From the IMG/VR virus record IMGVR_UViG_3300021400_000134: a stretch of 64,000 nucleotides of DNA. One strand, 5' to 3'. The first letter of the stretch is position 1. Each line of letters starts with the position of its first letter. The notes below the pieces were generated by a model. The model did no database searches, was not told where the DNA came from, and saw only the letters and a program-made list of their open reading frames with translations. Position numbers and translations under genes: made by a program. Shown one piece after another: positions 61,235 to 64,000 of this stretch. The stretch comes from a virus. Its lineage: Duplodnaviria > Caudoviricetes.

Positions 61235-62707
61235 TTATGAAAGTAATGAAACTATTTCAGCCATTACAGTAGTTGCTTCAACATTTGTACCTGGGGTAAT
61301 TGTTCCATTTGCAGCGATTGCCGTAGTTACTTTATATAAAACTCCGCCAAATATAAAATAATCACCAACTTCATAATTTTTAGTTGCTTTATTGTTTTCC
61401 TGTAATGGAGCAATTAGACTACCGAGTAATCTTTGAGTAAATAAAGTGGTAGCAATTCTATCTGAAGCTGCTGCTATTCCAATAGTTGGTGCTGTTGCAT
61501 TACCAGTGAATGCCGGAGCAACAAGATTTGCTTTATCGTCAATTGATTCAGCCGCACGATTTCATCCTTGAACATCACTTTCAAGGATATCGGTTTCTCC
61601 TATCGTGGCTCCATTTGAAATAGTTATATGACTTACCCCAAATGTTTCAGCATAATAAGAGAAACTAACAATAACACCAGTGTCTGTTTTTAAATAGTTC
61701 GCATGAAAAAACATTGGAATTGTTTGTGGCGTAATATCATATTCGACAATATCTTCATCTGCTAATTTGTAGATAACTTCAGCACCAATAGAAGGAGTTT
61801 TTCCTTCTTCGTAAGTGTCTCTATCAGAGTATCAATTAGTAGATGGTAATGTTTCTCCATTATAAGAAGCAATATGTCCAGTAGTGGCATATAATTTTCC
61901 AGCTATTGGTCTATATCTGAAACCGTATAAATCACCTGCGGTCGCAGGTACCGTTACAGTATAAGTAGTGGCATTTGTGTATGTATCATCTGAAGATAAT
62001 TGAAATGAAGCACTGGAAATTGGACTAAATGGTGTAATATAATATGGTCAGTATTTATCTGGAGCACCGACACTAATCATTACATTAGTATCTTCAACAC
62101 CTCAAGATACTCTTATATATGCTCCATTCGAAGGAACAGTGCCATTAGTACTTCAAGCTTGTCCAACTTTTAAATTACTAGCAAAATTAAGTTGTTTAAT
62201 TCAGCGCTGGTTTGCGTCATATACATGAAGACGTCGGTTAATACTTCCTGAATTAGTTGGCCCAATAATACCAGTATAATATATATCATCTCCTGGTGAT
62301 ACTGGAATAAAATCTCCAACATGGTCATTCGTATTAGAAGCAAGATTACCATTACCACCAATATAAAAACCAGGAGTAAAATTATCAACATTTAATAAGT
62401 TACTGGTGCGGATTTGTTGTGAAATATGCGGTGATTCAATAATTTCTAAATCAACCATATTTTCTTGTTTTGCATTTATTACATGCGTTTCTGAAGCATA
62501 TATATCAGAAATTGTTGCACTTATATTTGGATTCATGTTATCCAATATTTGCTTGTCAGTTGCGGACATAAGTCCATTTGTAGTTGAGGTGGCAAGAGGA
62601 ATTGCTGAAATCGCATCTTCACTAATAGCTTCAATTGCCTCACGGGCCTGAGCATCTTTAAAATTATAAGTTACTCCATTTAATTTTACTTTTGATAAAT
62701 CTGCCAT
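61235..62707 (-). CDS. Tail fibre-like protein (490 aa, TGA=Trp)
   Basis: ORF 62201-62707 reads through TGA to TAA 61235; APAFTGNATAPT...RIATTLF fibre motif; YEVGDYFIFGGVLYKVT module. Confidence 0.7.
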
Positions 62708-62724
62708 TTTTTTATCTTTCCTTT

Positions 62725-63240
62725 CTATTCTTCATAAACATAAAGTAACCTATGATCAAATCCCTGGAAAACACCATTAGCACCCGATGATGGTGATGTT
62801 ATTGTTAACGTACCATTATTATAGGTAAAAGTACAGTTTTCATATTTATATATTAATAAACTACCACTGCTTCTATATGAAGTTAAATTATGAACTTTAT
62901 TTCCATCATATACTACATTATATATAGTGCGAGCAGATTGGAATGATCCTTGATCTTCTAACGTGCAAGAAAAGGCTAATGGTTGTGCTTTTAATCCAGT
63001 GAATGTAATTGTTTGTCCCCTTTCTGAAGGAGCAGCCACAATACTTTCAATTTTAACACCAAAAGTTCCAGTGGTTCCAAAAATATTAATTCCATGTTTA
63101 ATATTATTTGCAGTTAAATTAGAATCTGAAACATTAATAGTTACATCATCTTCCATATATTTACCAGATGTTTTTAATGTTTTTTCTCCCAGATTAAAAG
63201 ATGAAATTTGGTTATTTTTATAGTTTATTGTAGTTCCCAT
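62725..63240 (-). CDS. Tail-associated protein
   Basis: TLKTSGKYMEDDV; NIKHGINIFGTTGT glycine-rich fibre motif. Confidence 0.6.
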   Translation of the reverse strand: MGTTINYKNNQISSFNLGEKTLKTSGKYMEDDVTINVSDSNLTANNIKHGINIFGTTGTFGVKIESIVAAPSERGQTITFTGLKAQPLAFSCTLEDQGSFQSARTIYNVVYDGNKVHNLTSYRSSGSLLIYKYENCTFTYNNGTLTITSPSSGANGVFQGFDHRLLYVYEE

Positions 63241-63251
63241 ATGCTACCCTC

Positions 63252-63758
63252 CTATACAACTGTTCCGTCATAAATAGGAAGTGTAGATAAAGTTAGATAA
63301 CCAGCATCATTTGTAAATGAAGAAACTGTGGTTGGTTTATTAAGAATTACACCCATTCCAGTAGTTGCATTCCAGTTAGATTGAACTTGAGCGGCTGGGA
63401 TAACTGTTGTATCTGGCAAGGCTCCTACTTCTGCTGCAGTATAGCTGGGTTTTGTTGGTTCCTTGGCCCAGGCAGCAATATCTGTAGTTTTAAGGTAATT
63501 TGTTAAATCAATACTTCCCGCATTAATACTACCAAGTTTTTCTCAATTATTATTTACATATAAGTATTCATCATAAATATTTTGGCCTGTACCATTATTT
63601 GGAATTAAATAAAAAGTATGGAGGTCAATATTTGATACTGGTAAACTATTAACTATTTCTATGCTAAAAGGATTGATGTTAGCAATTGCACTGCGTGCTC
63701 ATCCATCCTTAAAATTATAAGTTATTCCATTCAGTTTAATTTTCGAAAGGTCAGCCAT
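63252..63758 (-). CDS. Tail fibre-like protein (168 aa; TGA=Trp), N-terminus paralogous to 62707
   Basis: MADLSKIKLNGITYNFKDG(W)AR; YDEYLYVNNN(W)EKLG; SSFTNDAGYL. Confidence 0.7.
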
Positions 63759-63760
63759 AA

Positions 63761-63982
63761 TTAAAAATCTCCTTTCGTATTAATAATCAAAGTATCTTCT
63801 TCAATATCGTATTTGTTATTACTAACAAATGGAAGGTCATTTACTTTGGTTTTACCATCACCAATTTTAATACTATTAAAATCAGTATAAATAATAACTT
63901 CATGTTCTTTTGGAATAAAGTTCTTGGCTTTATCCCAATTTACTGAAGTATCTTTTTTTATTAAAGTCTGTTCTTTAATCAT
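63761..63982 (-). CDS. Small protein with hyaluronidase/Mtd N-terminal-like motif
   Basis: W....FIP..E...IKIGDGKT.VNDLPF. Confidence 0.55.
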   Translation of the reverse strand: MIKEQTLIKKDTSVNWDKAKNFIPKEHEVIIYTDFNSIKIGDGKTKVNDLPFVSNNKYDIEEDTLIINTKGDF

Positions 63983-64000
63983 GTTTTCTCCATAAAAAAA

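Noticed and set aside
1-64000. CRISPR array, rRNA, integrase/att site, phage-encoded release factor or TrpRS
   Set aside because: None seen; the repeats present are coding repeats, terminators or junction motifs

Overview
AT-rich 64-kb segment of a large, apparently lytic dsDNA tailed phage. The host is probably a walled Firmicute (GH25/CHAP/CW_7 endolysin, consensus sigma-A promoters). Layout: tail/receptor-binding and lysis genes on + (1-21.2 kb); a small early unit (Hsp20, tRNA, holin-like gene; 21.2-23 kb); a long - strand block of nucleotide-metabolism and replication genes (dut, nrdDG, gmk, dnaE, recJ, primase, helicase, ligA, gyrA/B, rnhA, an RpoD-like sigma factor; 23-60 kb); more virion genes on - (60-64 kb). 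The fragmented ORF track in the structural and lysis regions is an artefact of stop-codon recoding. TGA encodes Trp: TGA and TGG interchange at equivalent positions of internal protein repeats, and every gene end I checked is TAA or TAG. The large replication genes contain no in-frame TGA. The matching opal-decoding tRNA (anticodon UCA, tRNA-Trp identity elements) is present at 21888-22165, but its anticodon is split (U^CA) by a 206-nt group I intron. The window therefore encodes a candidate splicing-gated genetic-code switch: the ribozyme must excise itself before many tail, endolysin, resolvase and nuclease genes can be translated to full length. Other features are a duplicated four-gene receptor-binding cassette with a deletion scar, a homing endonuclease that took over a tail gene's start (leaving it an ATC start), small ORFs stacked at a repeated gyrB/gyrA junction motif, a candidate sRNA and a candidate phage-specific promoter motif. 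All coordinates and translations were read by hand.
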